Part shown: positions 23,849-37,250 of the stretch, piece after piece
Layout: each line of letters opens with the position of its first letter
Numbering within the stretch: the stretch's first letter is position 1
From: Octopus bimaculoides
Taxonomy: Eukaryota
DNA: 64,000 nt
Reading direction: 5' to 3'
Assembly: GCF_001194135.2 (NCBI RefSeq)
Contig: NC_069000.1
Span: 1,028,773 to 1,092,772 of the forward strand
Made by a program: the position numbers and the translations under genes
The notes under the pieces: model-generated
Seen by the model: the letters and a program-made list of their open reading frames with translations, nothing else
Told to the model about the DNA's origin: nothing
The model's database searches: none

Positions 23849-24401
23849 TGCTGCTATCAGAAATGGGTTTGTAATTATAAAGTATTGTATTCTAAATGCT
23901 TAAATGTGTCTATAAGAATGCCTGATGTTGTTTTAGCCCTAGGTCAGCCTAGATTGAGTAGACCTAATATCAAAGGCATGCTGGCCTCACCATCCTCATC
24001 TATTTGTAATTCTTGGATTTCCTTTTCCAATGTGTCCTTCTTGTTTTAAGGCTACAGAATGTGATTTGTGGAAATTTCATTGTTATTACAAACCAATCAA
24101 ATAACAACATAAAATCTCCCCCGTTGGCAATGGTATAACAGACGTTCCAGGAATCTTGTTGCATTGTCTGTTAGCCACACAAATTAGGTGCCTAGGAAGG
24201 TTCCAACAGGTGTTTCTACTACAGAAATAGTTGCAGCATCCCACACTCCATACAAGAATGGTAAAAGGTAATGGTGTAATTATGTTTTGATTAGATTTTC
24301 TTTGGCATTTTTCTTATTGTTGTTTTCTATTTTCTCTATTGATGTCTTTTCCCTTCCTTCCTTTCTCCATACTTACCTGCTTCATTTTGATATAATTTCA
24401 G

Positions 24402-25192
24402 GTATTTACACGACTGAAACAGGAAATGTGTCAGATTTTTACCCAACCCGACTTACACCAGCTAGCTGGACCTTTGGCATTTGGGGTTTTATCTATTTCT
24501 GGATGATTCTCTGGCTCGTATACAGTACAGTAGCCATCTTTTTGAAAGTCGGCAACGAATATCTTTACACCAGTGTCATCTTCATGCCATGCCTTTTCTT
24601 CTTCATCTATTCTGTCAACTTGCTCCTCAATATCTCTTGGCTCATTCTTTTTGACCGGAAGCTGTTCATAGTCAGCCTTTTCGTGCTGCTGTTCATGTTT
24701 ATCAGTGCGGTCACCTGTGTCTGCATTTCATGCTACGTTCTCACCAACAACTTTGACCTCATCAACGAAACAAAGCTGTCTGTTCATGTCTGGCTGATTC
24801 GTTTTTTCGTGCAGAATGGCATCGCATTTTATGCGGCATGGCTGTTAGTTGCCACTCACTTGAACTTAGACATTGCACTGCGTTACTCCTGGGAAATCGA
24901 CAGCGATACCTGTGACCTCACTGCAGTCATTATGCTTCTTGTCATCATCTGCACCTGGTTCCTTCTTGATGTCATTGCCCTTGACAACTACACTCGTTAC
25001 CTGTTCAGCGAGTACATTGTGTTCATTGTTGCCTTCTGTGGTGTGGTCTACAAGCAGTTGAATACAGATGTCTACGACCGGATAGACATCTTGATTCTGA
25101 TCTGTTTGTCTGCCAGTGGCGCTTTCTTTGTTTTCAAGATGGCCATTCTCCTCTGGAGACACTTCAGGAAGTCTTCTTATATAACATATTAA
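24402..25192 (+). CDS. Paralog C: large terminal coding exon of the same TSPO-like multi-pass membrane family
   Basis: Acceptor aatttcAG at 24400-24401. Phase-1 start gives (G)IYTTETGNVSDFYPTRLTPASWTFGIWGFIYFW...FYAAWLLVATHLNL...LWRHF, stop TAA at 25190-25192 (791 nt). About 55% identical to B over the first 112 aa by hand count. Confidence 0.92.
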
Positions 25193-25513
25193 CTTCAACC
25201 ACACAGGTTTCCATTACTTTCAGCTCTGACATTCCAGTGTAAAAGTTTGAAAAAAAAATACATGAGTTAAAAATGTAAATATTAAACATGAGGTAATAAT
25301 ATAAATTTTAAATATAAAAAATATGAAAATACATAACATGAAAATCTAAAAATCTAATGCGAAGAGCAGTTTAAAAAAAAAAAAATTTAAATTCAACTAA
25401 ATTTTTAAAGAAAATTATAGCCTTTTCTATAAAACAATTCACATCAAAGCTAAACCCAGGTCTGACTGAATATACATTTTGTAATACTCGATATATATAT
25501 CTATGCCTATCTT

Positions 25514-25552
<39 letters not shown>

Positions 25553-26779
25553 CATACAATACATCAATCTGTCCACCTCTGCCATATTCTGTGGTTACTT
25601 TGGATGTTTTTTGTCACATACTCAATGAGAAGAGTTTGTTTGCACTTCGACCTGCAATGTCTTGGAGGAAGGGAGCACTGCATGAGATCACCCCCACCCA
25701 CACATGACTCTTTTACAGCCAATTCTGGGAGAGATAAGAAGAAGAGCCAACCCAGTACTTTACTGGTATTTTATCAACCCCAGAAGTATACAAAGCAAAG
25801 TCAATTTTAGCAGGTTTTGAACTCAGAATGCAATAAACCAAACTCAACTGATTCCACCAGTTGACTGCCATCTGTCCCCACCGCCATCCTGTATGTGCAT
25901 TCATAGAATGTTGTTGTTTTTATAGTTTCATCGACTCCCCTGCAATACAGGTTTATATAAGTGTGGGTGTATTGCTCTTAATGCAGAAATATATAAACAC
26001 TGGTTCATTGGGTCACTGTATCTAAAGCTGATCAGCAAACCCTGTACGAGTTACTTCTGAATTTCCCAATCAATGTTCTTTGAATATCAATTAAGAAGAC
26101 TATTCTTGCATTATTCCAAGTCAATGCAGACTCAATAGTAGAGTGCCAAGCCAAAGAAGGAGCCCCTACATGCTCATTCAACTAGCTAGAGATGGCAGCC
26201 AAACCCCCACTCAACTTACATGCTTTTGTCATACAAAAAAGAAGAGAGGCATTGGATGTAATATAGACCAAAATATGGTATGTCACATATATGTGTGTGT
26301 GTGTGTGTGTAAAAAAAAAAAGGTTTGATGGCCTCAGCTGTAATCATACGATTACTCAATCATTGCTGACATAAAGCTAAATGAAATAATGGCCTGTTCC
26401 TAACAGCTCATCTACCTCTTTCTACTGCTTTTAAATTGTTTATTTTTCTAATAACCAGTAAATTTAAATTTTTTCCTAATTATAAAAGAAAAGAAAGAAA
26501 CAACGAATCAAGAAACTGTTGAAAAACTCTCTAAAGTTCCTGTAGAAGGCATGACCGTCTAATCTTGCGGAATCCCCACCAATTCCAAACATCTTAATTC
26601 ATAACCTACCAAAATTGGATAATCAACTTGCTCAATATATCAGTCCATCTTCTCTCAACAGACATTTTACTATTTAAGTCTTGACTTTTTGCTAATCCTA
26701 TTTGTATATCCTTCTCCCCCATCAGTCTCTCTGTCATATTCTACTGTATTATATCATATATTATATTCTAGTATATCAG

Positions 26780-26889
26780 ATATTATATTATATTATGTGG
26801 CTATGTATTGGTCAAATATTATATTATATTATGTGGCCATGTGTTGGTCAAATATTATATTATATTATGTGACCATATATTGGTCAAAT
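26780..26889. repeat. 36-bp tandem repeat, 3 copies
   Basis: Unit tatattatattatgtg(g/a)c(t/c)at(g/a)t(a/g)ttggtcaaatat. Confidence 0.9.
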
Positions 26890-29800
26890 GTTTCCTTGGA
26901 ATCCCAGCATCATTTGGCCAGCCACTGCAGAGGACACAACTAAATCTCAAGGTTTTAGCTCTCTTTGACACAATCCTGCTTGAGACAAATTCTGGTTCTA
27001 TAAAAAAAAAAGAAAGAAAGAGAAAATACCTTTCATTTTAAAGTGTTCATATTTTAATTTAAAACTTTTAAATCAGTCATCATAATTTTACAAAAAAACA
27101 AAAACCTTATGTTAAAGACACCAGTCTAATAATGACAATGTTAATTATTTTACTAAATCCCTCCAAATTCTTGATTGTCTTCCAATGGACCTGCAACATA
27201 CAGGCAATGTATTTTGTTACAAATCTGACCGTGAAAAGGGTTTTTATGGAGAATTAATTTGTGATGATAAAGAAACAACAAAAAAGCCTGTGATGTGGTG
27301 TACTCAACCCCAAAGTCATGAGCTGTATTCCTCATTTTAATATCCATTTTTTTAATGCTTGCATGGGTCAGATGGAATTTGTTGAGACAGGTTTTCAATG
27401 GCTGGATGCCCTTCCTGCTACCAACTTTCACCTGTTTGAAAGCAAAGTATTATTTCCTCATCGCCAGACATGTTTTCATGGAAGACTGGGAATGAATGAC
27501 CCTGTTTGCATGATGCTGACACCCAATGACAACAATCACGTAATGTCAAGACAAGGAGACACAAAGGCATTCACACTTGGACAAGTTCCTTTGTTTTCAA
27601 CTGCCAAATACCTTCACAAGGCTTTGGTCAAAGCAGGGCTATAGTAGAGGACACTTGTCCAAAGTGTCACACAGTGGGACTGAAACTGAAACCAATGTGG
27701 TTGGAAAGCAAACTCCTTCAAACAGCCACACCAAATTCTCTTCTTAAAATTCTTGTGAAATACCTTCTCTCAACAAAACAGTTCTTCCATACTCCATAAC
27801 TTTTTTCTATTAAGTAATTAACAGAGGTTTTAATTAAAGGTAATAAATTATTATTTCATAGAGTTAAGGATTTAATCCTTGATTTCCTGAGATTTTATTC
27901 TGCTCACTAATTAAACCCTTCCAGCTTTAAGTTAATTAATGCAAGAGAGTGCAGCACTGCATTTTTAATTAGTACCATGTTTGGCACCAGTGTTCTTTAG
28001 AGTTGGTTCTGTGTATTGAATGTTCTTGACTGGTCGAGACTGGCAAGATTCATGCATTCACAATTAATTTCCATGCTTTGTCGATTGCAAAATAATTCTC
28101 TGTAACAGTACACAGCCTCCCTTCTCTCTTTCCCCTTCAAACCCTGCCCTACTTTCACTACACAATAAATAAACTGTTTGACCCCTTAGAAAGCCCTCTG
28201 TTCTGATGCATGCACTACAGTCACTTTAATGGACAATAACATCCAGATTCCAAGTAGACGGCTGCCCATAATTCAACTTCTACTACTAAACACTTACAAT
28301 AAACAGGATGTTAATAAAAATCTGTTGGAAATACTATAAATAACTTGAAACTAATATCTCATTCATCTAATTTATGTATCATTTATGTGTCATTAGGCTA
28401 CCATTAAAAAAATCTCTACTCGTGTGCATGTGTCCACACATTGGAGACAAGAAATATAAATATTATTTTAAAATACTGATGACCATTTTCGATTCTCTCC
28501 TCATTTCAAATCTAGTTATATTTTTTAAGCAAGCCTTAAATTTTTTTTGTATTTTTTTAATCCAAGAGCCCTTTAGAATTTTTAATACTCAGAGCGTCTG
28601 TAAATATCCTGTTCTCTGAATAAAATTTTATATGCTACAATTTGCATGTCAATTTGTCTTGTTTATTTTAAAGTTCACTTTGCCATGGGTCAAAGGAAAT
28701 TGTGGAGGTAGATGTTTCTATGGCCGGATGCTCTTCCTGTCACTAAACTTCACAGATAATGTTTCACAGACTTTTTATACAACCGCATACACACACACAT
28801 GCTAAGGATGGGGCTTTTACATGTTTATTTTATCTGCTAGAAATAGCCCCCCAATCCCAACTGATCATCTAATCCTTTTGATATCTACCTGTCTGAGACT
28901 GCCACCTGGTTCTATTCTACAAATTTCCTGTTTTAAAGGGATCAAAATTAAAACCTTTCATCAAATTTCTTAATTTACATCCCAAACATCAGCAGTGATT
29001 TTCAACAGAAATATCGTAACAAAGGGAAGGATTCCAGTATTTTTTATCTTTTACTTGTTTCAGGCATTTGACTGCGGTCATGCTGGGGCACCACCTTGAA
29101 GAATTTTAGTTGAATGAATCAACCCCAGTACTTATTTTTTTAAAGCCTGGTACTTACTCTATCGATCTCTTTTGCTGAACCACAGGGACATAAACACACC
29201 AACACCAGTTGTCAAGTGGTGGTGGCGAATAAACATGGACACAAAAACACACACATAGTTATATATATGTACGTATGTATATATATATGGCAGGCTTCTT
29301 TCAGTTTCTGCCTACCAAATCTACTCACAGGGCCTTGGTCAACCTATGGCTGTAGTAGAAGACACATACCCAAGATGCCACACAGTGGAACTGAACCCAG
29401 AACCAATGATATTAGGAAAGAAGCCTCTTACCATGCAGCCACACTTGTTCACAATTTATGTTATTGACCCCAGAAAGAAGAAAGGCTAAGTTTCCACAGA
29501 CATTATTTGAACTCAGGACAATCATTGGATAATGTAGTCATAAATAGTCAATGCCTAAAGACAAAAAAAAATGGTATGATCACAAAAGAAATGTCTTTGA
29601 GCAATAGATCTTTCTAATTACAACTGACCTAGAGTAGAACACCTACACATGTGTTCTCTTCTACAATTGTCACACTTAGAACATTCTAGATTATCACAAT
29701 GTAAAAATATTTATTAGCTCATAATTATTTCTAGCTGTGCAAAATTGAGTCTCTTTTATGTTAACTTAAACATGGTTACATAAAAAGTTGAAGCTCTATT

Positions 29801-30118
29801 AATTTCTTGAAGTTATTTTTGATTCCGTTTATATAATCTTGTCTGACAAAACATTATCTTCACCCCATATCAGATAATATGAAATCGTGTCTGACTGTTG
29901 TCACATGATGTCACCTTCTTTGTTCATTTTATGAAGACATTTTAAAACTAAAAATAAATAAGTGACACACCTCTTGCTTGTATATAACAGCAACACAAAA
30001 GTTTCTATTAAAACACTTGACGAAATATCCAAAGTTTTTCAGCAAACTCAACACAGTCATGACAACACAAGAAAATTAATATGAATCATACTGGAGCACT
30101 GTATATGATAACCTCAAG

Positions 30119-30390
30119 ATTATTACCTCCACCTTAACAAAGGCAGAGGTATTGACTTCACTCATGTTTGTTTGTCTGTCTGTGGACAAGATATCTCAAG
30201 AACTGCTGGATGGATTCGGATGAAACTTTCATGGATGTTTGGCCTTATGACTAGTACGAACTGATTAGATTTTGGGATCGATCTGATACTGGACAAGGAT
30301 TCGAGATTATTTTTCCTGTTATTTTACTTAATTTTTGAGAGCAGTCGGGTTCATCTTTAGAATTCTCGTTTGTGAGAGCAGACGAGTTAT
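30119..30390 (+). mobile_element. Helentron-associated (HINE/DINE-1-like) element
   Basis: Begins TTATTACCTCC..., then (GTTT/GTCT)n microsatellite, gatatctcaagaactgctggatggattcggatgaaacttt and ttagattttgggatcgatc, the typical HINE layout. Confidence 0.65.
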
Positions 30391-31756
30391 TATTATTATT
30401 ACTGAGGCAGCAAGCTGGCAGAATTTTAAGGGGAGGGGGACAAGTTAATTACATTGACTCCAGTATTTTATCAATCTCAATTTGTTCACCCTTGTCTCAT
30501 CACAACAGCAAGGTCCTACATTCTTTAGCTTCGTTATGTCATCCCTAATATTCTTTGATCTACCTGAAACTCTTGTGCTTTCCATGACAATTTTAATTCA
30601 CTTCTTCCTCTCTTGTCCATTCCCATTATTGTCCAGATATTGGCATCAAGTCAGCTCTGTAACAATGTTTTAGATATCTTGTTCTTTCTTCAGTTCAGTT
30701 CTATCTGCTTAAAATCCTTTTATTACTATATTCCAATTTAAACACACCATTTACACAATTCTAATCAATTTTTAAAATAATCAAGAATTTGAAAAGATTG
30801 AGTGAAAAAAAACCAAAAAACATTTTCGTTATTAAGCCGATGTTTGGAATATAATTTACTTAAAAGGTTTTTGATAAAATCTGAAATATCTAAATTAAAT
30901 TTTGAACATTTCAAAAGTGCATCTTGCACTAATAAATTATTAAAAAGCACAGAAAACATTTTAAAATAATAAGAAAAAACAAGTTTGTAAGTTTTTCATC
31001 ATTTTATTTACTTTTATGGAAAAATATAACTTTTTATATACCAAAAGAAGCAGGTTTCTTTTTTTACAAAAAATATTACCTCACCACTCTTCACATCTTA
31101 AATCATATTTTTTCAATTAAGAAATTATTGTTTCATCTGTATTCATTTAGTCTGGCTGTTTAAAACACAAGCTAGTTTATTATTTATTTGTTTATGTTTA
31201 AATTGTAAAATTTATCAAAGACTATCTTTGTAAAATATAAACGACCAAGTTTGAGATGTCTGAAGAAGGCTCTTCATTCATTCAACCAAACAACTATTTA
31301 AAGAAATATTACTGGAGTAAAGAAGTCACTAACAGTGCACGTGTGTCTTTGAATGGTGAAAGAAAGGGGTTGGGGAGACTATCAAGAAGCACCAATATCG
31401 GTTTTAACAGATTCTCAGAAATCTTACCAAAGAAACAAACCTTAAAAAAAAAAAAATCCACAAATACCAAAATCAATAAAGCTTTTTTCCTGCAATGAAG
31501 ACATTGCTTTTAGTGCCAATAGAATTGGTCCTGAATGAATGTGCGTGTAATCTTGTACGCTGTTGAAGAGGAAGACAGAGGTGTGTATGGTAGACGGTCT
31601 GAGAATGGTCATGGATATAAACCAATTATTATTTGAATTTTGTTTTACTAAAACTGGAATAGAAATTTTAACAATTCAACTCAAAAGAAATAAAAAAAAA
31701 AAAAGATTGAAGGAAAATTTTGGTATTCATTTCAGAATTTAGATACTGATGTCTTT

Positions 31757-31788
<32 letters not shown>

Positions 31789-32859
31789 TTGTTTGTAAAG
31801 GAAAAACCTTACCATAAGCACACTCAGAGATAACCAAACTACGGCACTATGATCTGGTACCAAAGACAGAAATATAGCTTCTCCATTGTTTCTAACAATC
31901 TGACAAGCAAACAGATTTTGTTCAAGGATTAGAGAAAGAGAAGCAACCTAGCTTTTGTTCTTGTAGCCAGAGCAGACTGACAAGCAAGCCGAAACATGTC
32001 TGGAGAACTGACGCTGTACTGACCAAAGATCAGATTAAATTAATATTAGTCTTTCTGCTAATGATATTTCCCCCTTAATCGTATGCATAATTCGCATTTT
32101 AATCAAGATTTTGGAGGCTTTGTTGCTTGTCATGTTCTGCTTATATTTGATCTTACTTGGAGTCTTCTCTGTCTAGACCAGATTTAAGTATTGAGTTCAT
32201 GTCTCACCCCCACCCTTCACTGCAGGGAAGGGAGAAGTCCCAAACAAAATGTTGCTTACCACAATGAAGTTTCTTAGTATCAACTAAAAGCTTAGAGGTT
32301 TAGCCAAATCTGAATTTGGTACAAAGTTAAAACTATCTTCAATCTTTTGCTCTGAGAAATGTTTTCAAGGAATGCAAGATGTTGAAAGTTGGACATGTGC
32401 ACTGAAACATCCACTCATGCATGCACCACTACAGCACGATTCTTAAAAATTCATCATCAAAAAGCAATGTTGAAACTTAATTCCGTACAGGGAATGTTGT
32501 AATAATAATAATAATAATATCATATTTAACACTCATTTTCAGTCACGTTTGTTGACATGGTGATTTAATCAAGAAAGCATTGTTGAGTCATTAATATAAT
32601 TTACACTGTTACATCAGGCTGGCTGCATTATGCTAACACAGATTAGCTTAGTTGTGAGGTCAAGCTAACCATGACCGACCAGAGAGGTTTTATGCAAACA
32701 AAAGTCAGCCACAAATTCAACAAACCCAGTAAAACACTTTCAAAAACAAAACGTTCCGCACAAATCGTTTGTTTTCACTCAACAATAAACATTTCTACAG
32801 AGAGGAAAGTGAGAGTTAATAGAACCAGCTCTCCCCAGTATGCAACTGGTACTTATAAA

Positions 32860-33125
32860 GAGATTCACCATGTAACACATTGTAACAAGATTCACTCTAA
32901 TATAGAAAAGAATTGCCTTGAAATACATTGGAACCAGATTCACCCTGTGAAAGATACAGATATTCACCATGTAACACACATCGTAACAAAACTCACCTTG
33001 AAACAGATTGTAACAAGACTCACCCTATAATACATTGTAACAAACCTTAAAAACATTCATTTTGTAACAGACTGTAACAAAATTCCCTTTGTATCACACT
33101 GTAACAAGATTCACTTTGTAACAAA
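32860..33125. repeat. Diverged minisatellite of about 22-27 bp
   Basis: Recurring attgtaacaagattcacc(c/a)tgtaaca motif, about 9-10 degenerate units. Confidence 0.75.
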
Positions 33126-33808
33126 TATATGTAAATTGTATCTAGAAGTATATGAGCCATTGAATAGATTCCTCAAAGTAGCAGCCAAACCTCCCTCAAA
33201 TTATACCAAAACCATCCTACAAAAACAACAAAGAAACAAAAATAGTCCAAGACATTTAATGCTAGATAAAAAGTAAAGGATGGCCATGGTTGGAATGACT
33301 GATCATGTGTCTGTTCAGTTAGATCTGGCCTGGGGTTAAATGACAATAGATACAACAAAAATATTCATTACCACCTCCACCGGTACAGAACAATTCTAGT
33401 CACAAGCCAATGATGGAGCCTCTATGTGGTCACTTGACCAGCTAGAAATAGAAGTTAAAATCTATCAAAATCAGATTCATAGAAAAATATCAGTAATAAA
33501 GCTAAGTGCAATTAAACTTAAATGCCTTGCCAACACACACACACACACACACACACACGCAAAGGGTGGAATAAAATCCAAAATATAATTGTCCAAATAT
33601 AGAAAAATTACGAAATTTCTTTTTCTTTGAAAGTTAATCTAGGATTAGAAACACGCAACTAGATACAGTGAAGATTAACGTTGCTTCCGTCAACTTTGCA
33701 ATAAGCCCAACATCCCACTTCACACACCCACAAAAGAATTTGCCTCACCAGGTTCAAATAGAAAGCACAACACAAACAAGGCTTCATCTACCACCACAAT
33801 TATACAAA

Positions 33809-33887
<79 letters not shown>

Positions 33888-33985
33888 AAAATCAGAGGCT
33901 GAACTTGTTTAACAAAATTTCGAAAGCAAATTTACAAACCATAAAACAAAGTTTATTCCAAAAGCCAAGATGACTCAAATATGTA

Positions 33986-34033
<48 letters not shown>

Positions 34034-34392
34034 TAATGCAAAAACGAGAGAAGAAATACACAATACGTGTATGAGAGTTTATTCCTATGAAGCAGATAAT
34101 TCACATTGTTGGTATTCAGAGTTTCTTGTGCTGTGTGAAACGAATAGCAACAAAGTGAGATATCATTATATATGTATATGTATATATATATTTATATATA
34201 TGGGAGAGAAAGAAAGAGACAGGGAGAAGAATATAGGCAAGATAATTTGTCAATAAATGGTTAGAAGGATGACATCAACAAGAATATTAACAACAATATT
34301 TACATACCTTAAACTCACCCATAACAAAAATAAACTTGTGTACATGTGTGTGCATGTATATATGTATGTATGTATGTGTGTGTGTGTGTGTG

Positions 34393-34444
<52 letters not shown>

Positions 34445-34512
34445 AAGCTAATTGAGTAAGTACCACAAATTTGTCAAAATTGTTTGTCTTTTTCCGGCTG
34501 CTTCAGAGATTA

Positions 34513-34966
34513 TCAATTCATGTCATGAGTTGTCGGCAGGGCATATATCGGTGCTTTTATGATAATGGGTTGGTGCGAGTGTAGCCATGTGACTGTGAAA
34601 AACTTACAGAGAAGCATCAGAGCCGACAGGACAAGCAGAACACAGGTCAAGATGGAATTCCTTGGATGGAGAGACAAGTCAAAGTGCTGCACCATTATTC
34701 CTGTGAAGGCTACGATCAGCACAACGTACGGTGTGAATGTATAGCGGACATATTTGTCAAGAATTATGCAATCAAGCATGAACCACAGAAGCATGAGGAG
34801 AGCCGCAATTCCAAGTGAAATTGTGCCGGCCATATTTTTATTGATGCCACCACTGTTAGAGAGTACAATGGCAAAGTTGAGCAGTGTAGCAAAAGTACTC
34901 CAAGTTGCATAGAAAGACAATCCATTCTGGACCAGGATACGCATCAACCAGACATCAGTGCCAAGA
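34513..34966 (-). CDS. Paralog D coding exon 3 (TM5-TM8 and stop); full gene 933 nt, 310 aa
   Basis: Acceptor ctatttttccAG (34968-34967). The first T completes GA-T (Asp), then LGTDVWLMRILVQNGLSFYATWSTFATLLNF...THDMN, TGA at 34515-34513. The three exons sum to 933 nt with consistent phases. Confidence 0.9.
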
Positions 34967-36117
34967 CTGGAAAAATAGAGAAGGAAAAAAAAAAAAGAGA
35001 GAAAAAGAAAAGATTAAAACAATTGGAAAAAAAGAAAACTGATTAATAATAATTAAAAAAAAAAGATTTTTAAATGCAGTTTCTTTCATTTTCACACAAG
35101 ACACCATTTGTGAAAAGGATTTAGTTGACCAAAATTGAAAGACTCCAACAGATTAGAATTTTGCTGAGAGGGATTTGGTTGCTATATCTAGCAGATTTTG
35201 GAATCCTGGCCACCTTTGTTGGCTTCAATGTAGGCAAGTGAGGACTCCTGTGAATATAGAGTTTGAAGAATGTGGAATCCTTCTGGTAATTCAACCAAAC
35301 TCACAGAACTACTTTTAACATTTTATTCGTTTCAGTCATTGAACTGCAGCCATGCTGGAGCACTACCTTCAAGGGTTTAACTGAACTTTTTTGCCTAGAG
35401 TTTGGTATTCTATCAGTCTGTTTTGCTGAGCTGCTGGATCATGGAGGTGTAAACAAACCAACACTGGATTGTCAAGTGATGTAGAAACAAAGACAGCCAT
35501 ACACATACACATAGATAGGCTTCCACACAATTTCCATCTACCAAATCCATTCATAAAGAGGCATTAACCAACCTGAGGATAGGAGGAGACACTGGGCCAA
35601 GATGCCATGCTGTGCAATTGAACCTCAAACCAAATGGTTGTGAAACAAACCTCTTAACCTCACGGCCAATGTCTGTATTGCCTCTGATGAAATCCAGGAC
35701 ATTTCTTACAGGACGTAATAATAAATCTCAATTTACAAAGACAAAGGAAAAACAAAAAGGACTCCCCCCCCCTCCTCTACATAACCCACACATACCAGAG
35801 GTCAAATGCTAGCAAGGTGGTCTTTACAATGGTTATTTGACCTGTTAAAGATAGCAGCTAAATCTCCCCCAAAAGTACAAATCACTCTCAGACAGGGAAA
35901 ATACGACAAGGTGGTCACAACTGGAATGCCTTTGGTTCTTTGGTCATAAGATATGTTGTTGCATTGCTTATGATGATGATGGACAAAGATTTATGTAGGC
36001 GAGAGGAAATGAAAATGCAAACAAACAAAAAAAACATGAAAAAGGAAAAATATTTATGTTGCCTTATTTTAAGCTAAATATAAATCAGTACCACACCTCT
36101 TTCTCAGAAGCAGTAGC

Positions 36118-36157
<40 letters not shown>

Positions 36158-36877
36158 AGGAAATGGACTGTATCTGTCTATCATCTATCTATGAAAACAC
36201 CTGATCAAACAACCACATTTTGCCAAAATCTACACAACCACATAAACACAGAAAAATGAATGAAAAAATAGTTTTCTTCTTTTGTTTTGTTTTATTTTCT
36301 TCTTAAAAGTCTGAAGACTTTTGCATTACTGAATATAACAAACAAAATGGAATATACTTCATAAAATCATTTTCCAGTCTATTAACCTCATTCCTAGAAA
36401 TAAAACATTATCTATGCTCGAGCTACTATTTCTAAACTAAAAAATGTCCTTATCCTCTGGGCCAGTAAATACCAAACTCAATTTTGCTAGGGAACCATCA
36501 AGCAGATTGGCAAGTCTCTTCTAAAATGGGAATAGGTACAGAGCCCCTCTACAGCAAGAAACCCGTTCTGTTCAGGTCCAGTCTTTCATACTCTAACCCT
36601 CGTCTCCAAGCATAAAGTTACCCCCACCACCTCAAGATCTGTAGTCTTAGTGGCACTTTGGGTGCCATTAGTGTTGCAAGCCTCCAGTGTATTGGCCACT
36701 GGCTTCCGAATTCCTTTATCCTTCCTTCCCTCTTGTCAGTTTTGAAGGATTAGGATTGCCAGTTTGGATGTTGACAGGTTGAAGATAAAACAGGGAGACT
36801 GTTTGGGCCGAGTTTGGCCAGTTTCAACGCTAAAGGATTAAACAAATAGAATCTGTAACATAAAAAGATATACTCAC

Positions 36878-37250
36878 TCTTCTTTGTAAAGTAAGTTGAG
36901 GAACTTGTAAAGGTTTTTAAAGGAACAATAAAGGGAGAGATAGAGGGAGATGACTGAAGCGGCAAGCATGGCAAGGGCCACTTGTAACATCTCATGAATC
37001 CAAACAAAAGTCCAGGCAATTGTGAATATGTTGTTGACAGCGAAAGCAATGTAGAAGGTTGTTGATAAGATTGGTGGGAAGACATAAAGGTAGTGGTTAG
37101 AACGACTTCGACAGATCAAAGACATTCCGTAGAGCAGCCATACCACTTGCCACAGGTAAATTATGGACCAAATGAAGAAAGTCTGAGAGGCAGGCGTAAT
37201 GCTGGAGGAGTATTTTCTTGAGACATCTGCAATTGTTTGGTTAAAAAGTC
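36878..37250 (-). CDS. Paralog D coding exon 2 (TM2-TM4)
   Basis: Acceptor tgtttcAG (37252-37251). Reads (G)LFNQTIADVSRKYSSSITPASQTFFIWSIIYLWQVVW...KFLNLLYKE. 373 nt = 2+369+2, ending at phase-2 donor GA|GTGAGT. Confidence 0.9.

Noticed and set aside
24287-24401. Hydrophobic N-terminal extension of ORF 24287-25192 that looks like a signal peptide or TM1
   Set aside because: It starts at TTG, has an in-frame TAA at 24269 with no ATG after it, and is the polypyrimidine tract before the conserved acceptor at 24400-24401.
26689-27041. ORFs with a 12-aa repeat (SNIILYYVAMYW)
   Set aside because: Product of the 36-bp tandem repeat; no start context, splice sites or homology.
33668-34451. His-Thr, Val-Cys, Tyr-Ile, Arg-Glu, poly-Asn and similar low-complexity ORFs throughout the window
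   Set aside because: They are translations of (CA)n, (TA)n, (GA)n and (AAT)n microsatellites.
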